This document shows positions 19,424-28,832 of a DNA stretch of 64,000 bases, piece by piece. The stretch lies in NCBI GenBank assembly GCA_965220745.1, contig CBDCQT010000005.1:96001-160000 (forward strand), read 5' to 3'. The DNA is from Alphaproteobacteria bacterium. Lineage in GTDB: Bacteria > Pseudomonadota > Alphaproteobacteria > UBA828. Made by a program: the position numbers and the translations under genes. Under the pieces are notes generated by a model that searched no databases, was not told where the DNA came from, and was given only the letters and a program-made list of their open reading frames with translations. Each line of letters begins with the position of its first letter. Positions within the stretch are counted from its first letter, which is position 1.

Positions 19424-20467
19424 CTACGGGATCAGCACCGCGCGACCCTTGACCGTCCCGGCATGGAGGTCGTGCAGCGCCTGGTTGGCATCGGCGAGCG
19501 CGTATTCGCGGGTCGCGAGCGTCACCAGCCCCCGGTCGGCGAGCGCCATGAGCTCCACCAGCTCGGCATAGGTGCCCACCAGGTTGCCGACGATGGTCTT
19601 CTCCGAGACGATCATGTCGATCGCCGGGATCTGGACGCGCCCGCCGTAGCCAACGATGTAGTAGAAGCCGTCGTTGCGGGTCATGGCGAGGCCCTTGTCG
19701 ATGGCATCGCCTTCGCCGACGAAGTCGATCACCGCCTCCGCGCCGTGCCCGCCGGTAAGCGAGAGCACCTCATCCACCGCGCCGTCACCCCCGCGCACCA
19801 CGTGGTGAGCACCACATTCCTTGGCGAGCCCGAGCGCCAGGTCGGAATAGTCGATCACGATAATCTCGGCCGCGCACAGCGCCGCCAGCGACTGGATGCC
19901 GATGTGGCCGAGCCCGCCGGCGCCGATGATCACGGCGTACTCGCCCGGCACCAGGTGGCCGGCGGCTTTCTTGGCGACGCGGTAGGCGGTGAGGCCTGCG
20001 TCGGTGTAGGGCGCCACGTCCTTGGGCGCGAGGCTCTGGGGCAGCTTGATCAGCGCCCGCTCCCCGGTGTGCAGGTAGTCGGCATAGCCGCCCGCCGCGT
20101 TGATGCCGGGAAAGCTGCTCTCGCCCGCGTGCATGTCGTTGCCGCGCCGGCAGGCAAGACAATGGCCGCTGGTCACCAGCGGGTGGCAGATCACCGGATC
20201 GCCGACCTCGACGCTCTCCACGCCGCTGCCGACCTCCTCAACCCAGCCCGCGTTCTCGTGGCCCATGATGTGGGGGAAGGCCACATCCACATGCCCCTTC
20301 CACACGCCCTCGATGATGTGGAGGTCGGTGCGGCAGACACCCGCGCCGCCGATGCGGACGATCACGTCCGTGGGCTTCGTGATCTTGGGATCGTCCACCT
20401 CCTCGTAGGTCACGAACTCGGGGCTGGTGAGAGCCTCGTCGTAGCCGTGGAGCGTCGCTGCCTTCAT
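19424..20467 (-). CDS. Zn-dependent NAD(P)-linked alcohol dehydrogenase
   Basis: Motifs GVCRTDLH, GHENAG, CLAC and GAGGLGH. Confidence 0.9.
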   Translation of the reverse strand: MKAATLHGYDEALTSPEFVTYEEVDDPKITKPTDVIVRIGGAGVCRTDLHIIEGVWKGHVDVAFPHIMGHENAGWVEEVGSGVESVEVGDPVICHPLVTSGHCLACRRGNDMHAGESSFPGINAAGGYADYLHTGERALIKLPQSLAPKDVAPYTDAGLTAYRVAKKAAGHLVPGEYAVIIGAGGLGHIGIQSLAALCAAEIIVIDYSDLALGLAKECGAHHVVRGGDGAVDEVLSLTGGHGAEAVIDFVGEGDAIDKGLAMTRNDGFYYIVGYGGRVQIPAIDMIVSEKTIVGNLVGTYAELVELMALADRGLVTLATREYALADANQALHDLHAGTVKGRAVLIP

Positions 20468-20488
20468 GGGGTTCCTCCGGTGATTGGT

Positions 20489-21544
20489 TCAGTTCAGTCG
20501 TTGTCCGGTCTCGGGGTCGAACAGGTGGACGGCGCCCGCGCGAGGGCCGAGCGCCAGCGTCTCGCCTTCGTGGACCGCCGTGTGGCGCGGCAGGCGGACG
20601 GTAAGCTCCTGGCCCTCGTCGGTGGTGCAGAAGACCAGCGTGTCCGCGCCCATGGGCTCGACCAGCGTGACCAGCGCGCGCAGCCTGCCTTGGTCTGCCG
20701 AGCCGTCGGGCAGCAGGTCCTCGGGCCGGATGCCGACGGTGACCGGGCCGCTCGCCGTGCCGGCCGCGGCCGTCTCGGTCTCGCCGACGCGCACGATGCC
20801 GTCCGCGGCGGTGCCCTGCAGGAAGTTCATCGCCGGCGAGCCGATGAAGCCCGCGACGAACTCGTTGACCGGCCGCTCGTAGAGCTCGTCGGGGTCGCCG
20901 ATCTGCTCGATCCGCCCGTCGCGCAGCACCACCACGCGGTCCGCCAGCGTCATGGCCTCCACCTGATCGTGGGTGACGTAGACCGAGGTGCGCCGCATCT
21001 CCTGGTGCAGCCGCTTGATCACCGTGCGCAGGCGCACGCGCAGCTCGGCGTCCAGGTTGGAGAGCGGCTCGTCGAACAGGAAGATGCGGGGGTCCCGCAC
21101 CAGCGCGCGGCCGATGGCGACCCGCTGACGCTGGCCGCCCGACATCTGGCGCGGGCGGCGGCGCAGCAGCTCGGTAATCTCCAGCCGCTCAGCGACCTCG
21201 CGCACCTTGCGGTCCACGGTCTTGCGGTCGACCCCGCGAATGCGCTGGTTGAAGGCGAGATTGTCGAACACGTTCATGTGCGGGTAGAGCGCGTGGCTCT
21301 GGAACACCATCGCCACGTCGCGGTCCTTGGGCGCGATGCCGGCCATGTCCTTGCCGTCGATGGAGACCGAGCCCTCGCTCTGGCGCTCCAGCCCGGCGAC
21401 GATCCTGAGCAGCGTGGACTTGCCGCTGCCGGAGGGACCCACCAGCACCACGAACTCGTTGTCGTGGACCGTGAGGTCGATCTCCTGCAGCGCCGCGACC
21501 GGGCCGAAGCGCTTGAAGACGCCGCTGACTACGACTTCCGCCAC
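20489..21544 (-). CDS. ABC transporter ATP-binding protein (MalK/UgpC type)
   Basis: Motifs [24 protein letters not shown] and YVTHDQ; C-terminal TOBE-like region; GTG start. Confidence 0.92.
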   Translation of the reverse strand: MAEVVVSGVFKRFGPVAALQEIDLTVHDNEFVVLVGPSGSGKSTLLRIVAGLERQSEGSVSIDGKDMAGIAPKDRDVAMVFQSHALYPHMNVFDNLAFNQRIRGVDRKTVDRKVREVAERLEITELLRRRPRQMSGGQRQRVAIGRALVRDPRIFLFDEPLSNLDAELRVRLRTVIKRLHQEMRRTSVYVTHDQVEAMTLADRVVVLRDGRIEQIGDPDELYERPVNEFVAGFIGSPAMNFLQGTAADGIVRVGETETAAAGTASGPVTVGIRPEDLLPDGSADQGRLRALVTLVEPMGADTLVFCTTDEGQELTVRLPRHTAVHEGETLALGPRAGAVHLFDPETGQRLN

Positions 21545-21548
21545 GGGC

Positions 21549-22457
21549 CTACTCCCGGATCACGCCGGCGAGCGTGCCGCGCGCCAGGTAGCGCTCCAGC
21601 ACGAACGCGATGATGACCAGCGGCAGCACCGAGACCAGCGCGGACGCGCTCAGACTCCACCACGGCACCTTGTTGGAATTGAGGATCACGATGGTGGGCG
21701 GCAGCAGCTGCACCTTGGCGAAGGTGAGCGTGAGCGCGAAGAAGAAGTCGCTCCACGAGAAGATGATGCAGAGCAGCGTCGCCACCACCATGCCCGGCGC
21801 GCAGTTGGGCAGGATGATCCGGTAGAACGCCTGGATCGGGTTGCAGCCGTCGATCAGCGCCGCCTCGTCCAGCTCGATGGGCACGGTGTTGAAGAAGTCC
21901 ACCATCACCCAGACCACGATGGGCAGCAGCATCGCCACGTAGACCAGGATCAGCCCGAGGTGGGTGTCGAGCAGGCCGGTGAAGCGCAGCAGCAGGAAGT
22001 AGGGGATCGCCAGCACAGCCGGCGGCATGATGCGCTGGGAGATGAAGAAGAAGGTGATGTCGTTGTTGCCCAAGGGGCCTGCGCGGAAGGTGAAGCGCGA
22101 GAGCCCGTAGGCCGCGAGCGTGCCGAGGAAGAGCGCGATCGAGGTCGAGATCAGGCTCACCACCAGGCTCGAGAGGTAGGGCCCCTGCATGCTGATCCCT
22201 CCCGAGCTGGTATCGCGGAAGAGCGCGGTCCAGCCGTCCACCGTGGGCTCGTATTCGAGGAAGGGGATGTAGGTCGCGCCGCCCACCACGCCGGGGTCGC
22301 TCTTGAACGAGGTGGAAAGCGCCCAGAGGAAGGGCGCCACCACGAAGATCGCCCAGGCGATCAGCGCGGCGTACTTGAGCACGCGGTAGAGGTCCGCCTT
22401 GAACCCGCTCATGGCGATGCCGCGCACGCGCTCCCGCGCTGGCTCGTGCGCGCTCAT
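21549..22457 (-). CDS. Carbohydrate ABC transporter permease (CUT1, MalG-like)
   Basis: EAA loop ELDEAALIDG. ATG 22457 overlaps the upstream stop (ATGA). Confidence 0.88.
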   Translation of the reverse strand: MSAHEPARERVRGIAMSGFKADLYRVLKYAALIAWAIFVVAPFLWALSTSFKSDPGVVGGATYIPFLEYEPTVDGWTALFRDTSSGGISMQGPYLSSLVVSLISTSIALFLGTLAAYGLSRFTFRAGPLGNNDITFFFISQRIMPPAVLAIPYFLLLRFTGLLDTHLGLILVYVAMLLPIVVWVMVDFFNTVPIELDEAALIDGCNPIQAFYRIILPNCAPGMVVATLLCIIFSWSDFFFALTLTFAKVQLLPPTIVILNSNKVPWWSLSASALVSVLPLVIIAFVLERYLARGTLAGVIRE

Positions 22458-23338
22458 ACCCGCACCGGCCCCTGCCGCCCGATCATGAGCCGGCTCAGGC
22501 TGCGGGCGAAGATGGTGAGCGCGATGATCATGATCGCGAGATAGATGATCGAGAGCGAGGCGGTGTAGCCGATCTGAAATTCGCGCAGGCCCCTGATATA
22601 GAGCAGATAGCTTGTGGTCTCGGTGGACGAGCCGGGGCCGCCGGAGGTGAGCGCGTAGATCGTCTCCATCAGCTTGGAGGATTCGATCAGGCGGATGATC
22701 AGCGCGCCCAGCGTGATCGGCGCCATCAGCGGGAAGGTGACGTGGACGAAGGTCCGGATCGGCCCGGCGCCGTCGATCTGGGCCGCCTCGTAGGGCTCGC
22801 GCGGCAGCGACATGAGCCCCGCCAGCAGCAGGATGAACATGAAGGAGGTCCACTGCCAGACGTCGATGATGACCACCGCGGCGAAGGCGGGGCCGGACTT
22901 GCTCAGCCACGGCACACCTGGGATGCCGAACCAGCTCAGCACGTCGTTCAGCGGCCCCAGGGTCTCGTGAAAGATCGTGCGCCAGACCACCGCCATCACC
23001 ACCGGGGTCACGCACATCGGCACGATGAAGAGCACGCGGAAGAAGCGACCGGCGCGCACGTCCTTCCACAGCATGAGCGCCAGCGCGAAGCCCAGCAGGT
23101 ATTCGAAGACGACGCAGAAGAGCACCATCAGGTAGAGGGTGCCCATGGAATCCCAGAAGCGCCCGTCGGTGATGGCGCGGGCGTAGTTGTCCCAGCCGAT
23201 GTAGTCGAGCTCGGGGAAGTTCACGTCCCAGCCGGAGAGGCTGAGGCGCACGGTGTAGATCAGCGGAAAGATGATGATCGCGACCAGCGCGAGCAGCGCC
23301 GGAAGCAGAAAGATGTGCTTGTAGCGCGAGTCCAGCAT
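22454..23338 (-). CDS. Carbohydrate ABC transporter permease (CUT1, MalF-like)
   Basis: Motifs DVWQWT, YEAAQIDGA and LTSGGPG. Confidence 0.9.
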   Translation of the reverse strand: MLDSRYKHIFLLPALLALVAIIIFPLIYTVRLSLSGWDVNFPELDYIGWDNYARAITDGRFWDSMGTLYLMVLFCVVFEYLLGFALALMLWKDVRAGRFFRVLFIVPMCVTPVVMAVVWRTIFHETLGPLNDVLSWFGIPGVPWLSKSGPAFAAVVIIDVWQWTSFMFILLLAGLMSLPREPYEAAQIDGAGPIRTFVHVTFPLMAPITLGALIIRLIESSKLMETIYALTSGGPGSSTETTSYLLYIRGLREFQIGYTASLSIIYLAIMIIALTIFARSLSRLMIGRQGPVRV

Positions 23339-23353
23339 GGCCGTGCGAAGAAC

Positions 23354-23379
23354 GACCGGCGGGCTTCAGCCCGCCGGTC
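23354..23379. other. Stem-loop between binding-protein and permease genes (mRNA stabiliser or partial terminator)
   Basis: GACCGGCGGGCT-tc-AGCCCGCCGGTC perfect inverted repeat. Confidence 0.6.
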
Positions 23380-23420
23380 TCTTCAAGCGAGGTCTAATGC
23401 TATTCCGGATTCCGCCGGTC

Positions 23421-24989
23421 CTATTGGACCTGATCCAGCGAGACGTTGTCCTCGAGCGCGACCACGTTCTTGTATGCCTCGCGGATCGCGTCGACGCCGA
23501 TCCGGTCGGCGATGCGGGTCCATTCCTCGGCGACCTCGTCGAGCGCGGCCTGGGCCGTCATCTCGCCCGCCATCGCCTTGGCGACGCCCGCCATCATGGC
23601 GGTGTAGAACTGGTTGACGCCGGGCACGCGCAGGTCGAAGACCCGGTTGGTGCTCGTGTCCATGCCCCGCAGCATGTCGGTAAAGCTCACCGCCACCGCG
23701 CGGTCCCAGCCGGCTTCCTGCTCCCAGTAGTCGGGATCCATGTGGCTGGTGCGGAAGGGATTGACGCCGAAGCGGCCGATCAGCAGGTCGTGGTTGGTGT
23801 TGGCGTAGTTCGAGAAGAAGCAGAACCAGTCGAACGCCATCTCCTGCTCTTCGCTGTACCTGGAGACGCCGGCGCCCCAGCCCCAGGTCACGTAAGGCGC
23901 GACCGAGGGGGTCTCGAACTCGTCCCACTGGCCGCTGACCCGGTTCCACACCTTGTGCGAGCCCATGGAGGGGCCGTACTGGGTGCCGACGCGGATCTTG
24001 TTGCGGATCGGCGAATCCGGTTGCATCGCCTGGATGAAGGCATCGTCCCAGGTGACGCTCATCAGCGACTCACCGCCGCCCCAGGAGAAGATCTCGTCGC
24101 CGATGCCGAAGTTGATTCCGCCGGGCGGCATGTAGCGGAGCGCGTCCATCCACATCTCCAGCCCCTTGACGAAGCCCGGATTGTTGACCTGCGGGGTCAT
24201 GGTCTCGAGATCGAACCAGAAGCCGCCGGTGACGTTCGGGTTCTTGGCGTAGGAGGCCACGCGGGTGATGAAGTTGGCGAAGGCCACGTCGTCGCGCTTG
24301 ACGATCTCGGTCGAGCCGTACTCAAGCTCGCCGTCGCCGTCCCAGTCCCAGCCGCTGAAGAAGGTGGCGACCTCGGCGTACTCCTCCCAGGTCGTCGGAA
24401 TGGCGAGATCGCGGCCGTACTCGGCCTTGAACTTGGCCTGATTCTCGGCGTCCTCGAAGGGCGGCAGGATGTACTTGAAGTAGTTCCGGTCGCCGTCGAA
24501 GGTGTACTGCAGGCGCTCGCCGTTCCAGCTGGCGACACCCTGATAGGCCGGCGTGATGTCCTTCATCTCGTCGGTGTCGAGATACTTCTGGGGCACGGCT
24601 GCCAGGTGCGGTGCCCAGTCGCCGATCCAGTAGGAGCCGCCATAGACGATGTCATAGACGTGCTGGCCGGTCTGGAACGGGATCATCACCTTCTGATAGA
24701 GCTCGCCGAAGGGGGCGTGCACGACGTTGACCGTGCCGCCGGTCAGCTCCTCGAACTGCTTGGAGTGCAGCGCCACCGGCTCGCCCATCACGGGCACGGC
24801 GTGGGTCAGGATGGTGATCTCGTGCCCGGTGTAGTCCTTCGCGTCGGTGGACGCGTAAGAGCAGATGCCCGGATGGTCTTCCTTGATCCCGTACTTCGCG
24901 ACGTAGTCGGTCTCGGCGAAGGCGGGCATGGTCAAGGCCACGCCGACCGTGCCGAGCACGCCGGCCGCCAGAACAGTTCTCGGATGCAT
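23421..24989 (-). CDS. Extracellular solute-binding protein (family 1)
   Basis: Signal peptide ending AFA; motifs FEELTG, PTTWEEY and DLRVPG. GGGAG RBS upstream of ATG 24995/24989. Confidence 0.88.
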   Translation of the reverse strand: MHPRTVLAAGVLGTVGVALTMPAFAETDYVAKYGIKEDHPGICSYASTDAKDYTGHEITILTHAVPVMGEPVALHSKQFEELTGGTVNVVHAPFGELYQKVMIPFQTGQHVYDIVYGGSYWIGDWAPHLAAVPQKYLDTDEMKDITPAYQGVASWNGERLQYTFDGDRNYFKYILPPFEDAENQAKFKAEYGRDLAIPTTWEEYAEVATFFSGWDWDGDGELEYGSTEIVKRDDVAFANFITRVASYAKNPNVTGGFWFDLETMTPQVNNPGFVKGLEMWMDALRYMPPGGINFGIGDEIFSWGGGESLMSVTWDDAFIQAMQPDSPIRNKIRVGTQYGPSMGSHKVWNRVSGQWDEFETPSVAPYVTWGWGAGVSRYSEEQEMAFDWFCFFSNYANTNHDLLIGRFGVNPFRTSHMDPDYWEQEAGWDRAVAVSFTDMLRGMDTSTNRVFDLRVPGVNQFYTAMMAGVAKAMAGEMTAQAALDEVAEEWTRIADRIGVDAIREAYKNVVALEDNVSLDQVQ

Positions 24990-25275
24990 TGTCATCTCCC
25001 TGAGTGGCTTGCGGAACGCCGCACGGCGCCGTTGCCGCGCCGACGTCGGCTCACGGCCGGCGAGTATGCGACATCGCCCGCGGGCCAAGCAAGGAGTGGC
25101 CCGCCGCGCAGCGTGCCGGGCCGTAGGCCCGGACGGCGCGACTGCGCCGCGCGCGTAGCGCGTAGCCAAGCGAGCGGAGCGAGCGCCCGGCGCCTGAGGG
25201 AAATGAACGAGTCGGGAGGGAGACAGGGGGAGGTGGGAATCGTGACGCGGTGATCCGTACAGGTCGGCTTTGGCG

Positions 25276-26940
25276 CTAAATCTTACCCTCGACCGCGGCC
25301 TCGATCAGGTAGGGGGCGCCCGAGGCGAGGCCGTCCTTCACCGCCTGGGCCAGCTCGTCGGGCTCGGTGACGCGGGTGCCGGCGACGCCCATCCCGGCTG
25401 CCATCTCGACGAAGCCCAGAGGCGGATCGACCAGGTCCATCTGTACGTAGGGGTGGTTGGAGCCCACTCCGAAGCGCTTCCGGTAGATGTCGAGGTTGTG
25501 CTTGAGGATGCGGTATTCGGCGTTGGCAAGGATGACGAAGACGATGGGCAGACGGTGGTGCGCGGCGGTCCAGAGCGCCTGGATGCTGTACATCGCCGAG
25601 CCGTCGCCCGAGAGGCAGACCATCGGGCGCTCCGGCATCGCCAGATTGACGCCGAGCGCGCCGGCGATCCCCTGGCCGATGCCGCCGCCGCGGCCGCAGA
25701 AATAATCGCCATGGCCGCCGAAGCTGAAGGCCTTGGGAATCTCGGGGCTGCCGGTGATCGCCTCCTCGACGATCACCACGTCCTCCGGCACCGCCGCCGC
25801 CAGCGCCTCGAGCATGATCGGCACCGGCATGGGCCGCCGCTCGCGGATGGCGTCGAGGCGGGCGCGGCGATCCGCCCTCTCCTCCTCGTGGAGCGCGGCG
25901 AAGCGCTGGTTCCGCTCCGTTGCGGCGGCGCCATAGGCGTCCGAGCCGTCCGCCTCTACCTGCGCGCGGAGCGCCTCCAGCGCCGGCTTGAGACCGGCGA
26001 TCAGGCCCGCATCGAGGCCGTGGTTGCGGGCGAGCCGTTCGGTCGACTCTTCGATATGCAGCACCTTGGCACCGGGCGGGAACGGCCCGCTGGGCGCGTA
26101 CCACACCTCCTCGAAGAAGGGGCCGCCCACCATGAGCACCGCGTCCGCCCCGCCGAAGGTCTTCGCGATGGTGGCGGCGTCGGTGGGGATGCGCCCGCGG
26201 TAGTTGGGGTGCATGTTGGGCACCGGCTGGTGCTGGTGGATCAGCTCGGTCCAGATGCCGGCGCCGGTCGCCTCGGCGAGCGCGACGAGCGCCTCGCCCG
26301 CGCCGGTGCGCGCGACATCGTCGCCGATCATGATGGCGGGCTCGCTCGCGGCCAGCAAGAGCCGGGTCATGGCGGCGACGCCGTCTGGGTCCGGCGGGGG
26401 CGCGCGGTAGAGCGGGCCGGCGGCACGGGCCTCGACCTCGGTCTGCTGCTCCATCACGTTGATGGGCAGCGCGACGAAGACCGGGCCGGACGGCGCATCG
26501 TGCGCGATCTTGAAGGCGCGCCGCACGATCGGCGCGATCTCGTCCGCGCTCTCGGCCTGCACGCTCCACTTCACCACCGGCGCCGCCATGGCCACGAGGT
26601 CGTGGCCGAGGATGGGATCGCGCAGGCGAAGCCGCGTGTCCTGCTGGCCGGCGGTGATCACCATGGGCGAGTTGGTGCGGAGCGCGCCGAAGATCATGCC
26701 GATGGCGTTGCCGAGGCCGGGCGCCACGTGCAGGTTCACCACGCCGGCGCGGCCGCAGGCCTGGGCGTAGTAGCTCGCGGCCCCGATGGCGACGCCCTCG
26801 TGCAGCGCGAGCACGTACTCGATCCCCTGATAGCGCGCGAGGCTGTCGATCAGCGGGCTCTCGGTGGTGCCGGGGTTGCCGAACATGTGCTGGACCCCGT
26901 GCGCCAGCAGGCTCTCCATGAAGACGTCGCGCCCGTACAT
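25276..26940 (-). CDS. Benzoylformate decarboxylase-like ThDP enzyme
   Basis: Motifs FGNPGTTE, LHE, NLHVAPGLGNA, AGQQD and GDGSAMYSIQALWTAA. Confidence 0.85.
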   Translation of the reverse strand: MYGRDVFMESLLAHGVQHMFGNPGTTESPLIDSLARYQGIEYVLALHEGVAIGAASYYAQACGRAGVVNLHVAPGLGNAIGMIFGALRTNSPMVITAGQQDTRLRLRDPILGHDLVAMAAPVVKWSVQAESADEIAPIVRRAFKIAHDAPSGPVFVALPINVMEQQTEVEARAAGPLYRAPPPDPDGVAAMTRLLLAASEPAIMIGDDVARTGAGEALVALAEATGAGIWTELIHQHQPVPNMHPNYRGRIPTDAATIAKTFGGADAVLMVGGPFFEEVWYAPSGPFPPGAKVLHIEESTERLARNHGLDAGLIAGLKPALEALRAQVEADGSDAYGAAATERNQRFAALHEEERADRRARLDAIRERRPMPVPIMLEALAAAVPEDVVIVEEAITGSPEIPKAFSFGGHGDYFCGRGGGIGQGIAGALGVNLAMPERPMVCLSGDGSAMYSIQALWTAAHHRLPIVFVILANAEYRILKHNLDIYRKRFGVGSNHPYVQMDLVDPPLGFVEMAAGMGVAGTRVTEPDELAQAVKDGLASGAPYLIEAAVEGKI

Positions 26941-27040
26941 GTCTCTCGTCCGTTGCTGGGAAACCGCCCGCTGCGGCCGGAGCCGCTCAGGCGCGCATCC
27001 TGCCAGAAACCGCGCCGCCCGGCACCCCGCCTCGCCGCGC

Positions 27041-28822
27041 TCAGAGCGTAGCGCGGAGGAGGCGGGTGCGCTCCTCGTCCACCATGATGTCGATGCCGTT
27101 GGCGGCGCGGACCAGGGCGACCCTGTAGACGCTCAAGGCGCGCTCGATGCTGAGCCAGCCGCGGGCGACATCCTCGGCGACGGCGGCCGGGTCGCGGGCC
27201 GTAGGCTCGCCGTAGCCGCCGCCGGCGACGGTGCGGTAGTGCATCGCCTCGCCGGGCGCGAGCCGCTCCTCGTGGAAGGAGGGGAGGGTGCGGAAGGCCC
27301 CGTCCGCCTCGCGCTTGCGGTTCAGCGAGGGGGCGCCCGCCGCGCCGCCCAGCACGCCCTGCGCCGGGTTCAGGTCGCCGTCGCTGCAATAGAAGACCGA
27401 GACCGGGCCTGCGAGCGAGCGATAGGCGCCCTGCGTCGCTGGCGCACCGTTCCAGCGCCCCGCGCCCATGGTGTCGGGAGCGATGCGGCGCTCCTCCATC
27501 AGGATCGGGTACTGGGCCTCGTCGATCTCGATCGAATCGATCACCAGCACGCCGCCGCCGTCCGGCGCCTCGTAGGTGAGCCAGCCGTCGTGGCCGTGGG
27601 TGCCGGGGCCGCCGGAGAGTCCGACGCAGAACTGGTTCACGTAGGGCACCGGCGCGCCGTCCCGGTCGTCCATGCCGGAGACCACGCCGAGGCCTGCGGA
27701 CATGTTGCCGCCGCCTTCCGCAAGCCCGTGGGGCGCGCCGATCTGCGCGAAGCAGCACTGCACGGCGTTGATGAGGCGGTCGTTGACGTTGGTGGTGGCG
27801 ACCGAGGTGCCGGCCGGGAAGGTCGGCCGCCCCACCACGCAGCCGTCCCTGAGCTTCACCTTGATGCGGCTCGCGCTGCCCTCGTTGTGCGGGATGGTCG
27901 GGTCGAGGTTGTAGAAGACGCCGATCCGGCACGAGCCTGCGGCGCAGGCCTCCGAGAGGTTGACCCCGCCGGGCACACAGTCCGGGTTGTCGCGGAGGTC
28001 CACGGTGATGACCCCTTCCTCCGGCTCGATGGTGACCTCGGCGGTGACCGGGATGCCATCCTCGGCGACGCCGGGGATCGGGTCGTGGCTGCAGGTGTAG
28101 CGCCAGGTGCCGGCCGGCAACTCGCGGATCGCTGCCTCCGCCCGGCGCGAACCGTAGTCCATCCAGGCTTCCACGAAGGCGCGCACGATCTCGATGCCGT
28201 AGTGCGCGACCAGCGCCTTCAGCCTGCGCTCGCCGATGCGGCAGGCGCCCACTTGCGCGCGGTAGTCGCCGTACCAGACGTGCGGCGCGCGGATCTTCTG
28301 CAGGCCGATGCGCACGATGTCGGCCTTGTCCTCCCGGTTCTCCTGAATGCGCACGCAGGGGAAGTGCACGCCCTCCTGATAGAGTGTCGCGGCATAGGGC
28401 AGGTAGGTGGTGGGCTCCGGCGCGCCGACATCGGCGTGGTGCGAGCGCGAGAGCACCCAGAACAGCGGCTCGCCGTCGGCGAAGACCGGCACGCAGAGCG
28501 TCATGTCCGCGTGGTGGGTGACGCCGTGATAGGGGCTGTTGTTGAAGAAGGCATCGCCCTCCTTCACGTCGTCGAAGAGCTCGGTGATCGGCCGGGTCGT
28601 GAGCTCCAGCGCGCTGACGTGGATCGGCATCGCCTCCTCGACGCAGATGAGGCGGTGGTCGTAGGTGAGGATGCCGCAGGACATGTCGCGCGCGTTGGTG
28701 ATGACCGCCGAGCGCGACGCGCGCATCACCGTGTTGCTCATCTCGCGGATGATCGCCTCCAGCCGGCGCGAGAGCACCGCCATGAGCAGCGGATCGAAGC
28801 GCTCGTCCGTCGTTTCTGCCAT
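27041..28822 (-). CDS. Hydantoinase B/oxoprolinase family protein
   Basis: Motifs EM..TVMRASRS, NSPYHGVTHHAD, HHADVG, GAGRWNG and GGGYGEP. Start placed at ATG 28822. Confidence 0.9.
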   Translation of the reverse strand: MAETTDERFDPLLMAVLSRRLEAIIREMSNTVMRASRSAVITNARDMSCGILTYDHRLICVEEAMPIHVSALELTTRPITELFDDVKEGDAFFNNSPYHGVTHHADMTLCVPVFADGEPLFWVLSRSHHADVGAPEPTTYLPYAATLYQEGVHFPCVRIQENREDKADIVRIGLQKIRAPHVWYGDYRAQVGACRIGERRLKALVAHYGIEIVRAFVEAWMDYGSRRAEAAIRELPAGTWRYTCSHDPIPGVAEDGIPVTAEVTIEPEEGVITVDLRDNPDCVPGGVNLSEACAAGSCRIGVFYNLDPTIPHNEGSASRIKVKLRDGCVVGRPTFPAGTSVATTNVNDRLINAVQCCFAQIGAPHGLAEGGGNMSAGLGVVSGMDDRDGAPVPYVNQFCVGLSGGPGTHGHDGWLTYEAPDGGGVLVIDSIEIDEAQYPILMEERRIAPDTMGAGRWNGAPATQGAYRSLAGPVSVFYCSDGDLNPAQGVLGGAAGAPSLNRKREADGAFRTLPSFHEERLAPGEAMHYRTVAGGGYGEPTARDPAAVAEDVARGWLSIERALSVYRVALVRAANGIDIMVDEERTRLLRATL

Positions 28823-28832
28823 GCCGGTGCCC

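Noticed and set aside
22458-23069. 506-aa version of the permease ORF
   Set aside because: It overlaps the neighbouring permease in another frame; the real start is the coupled ATG at 22457.
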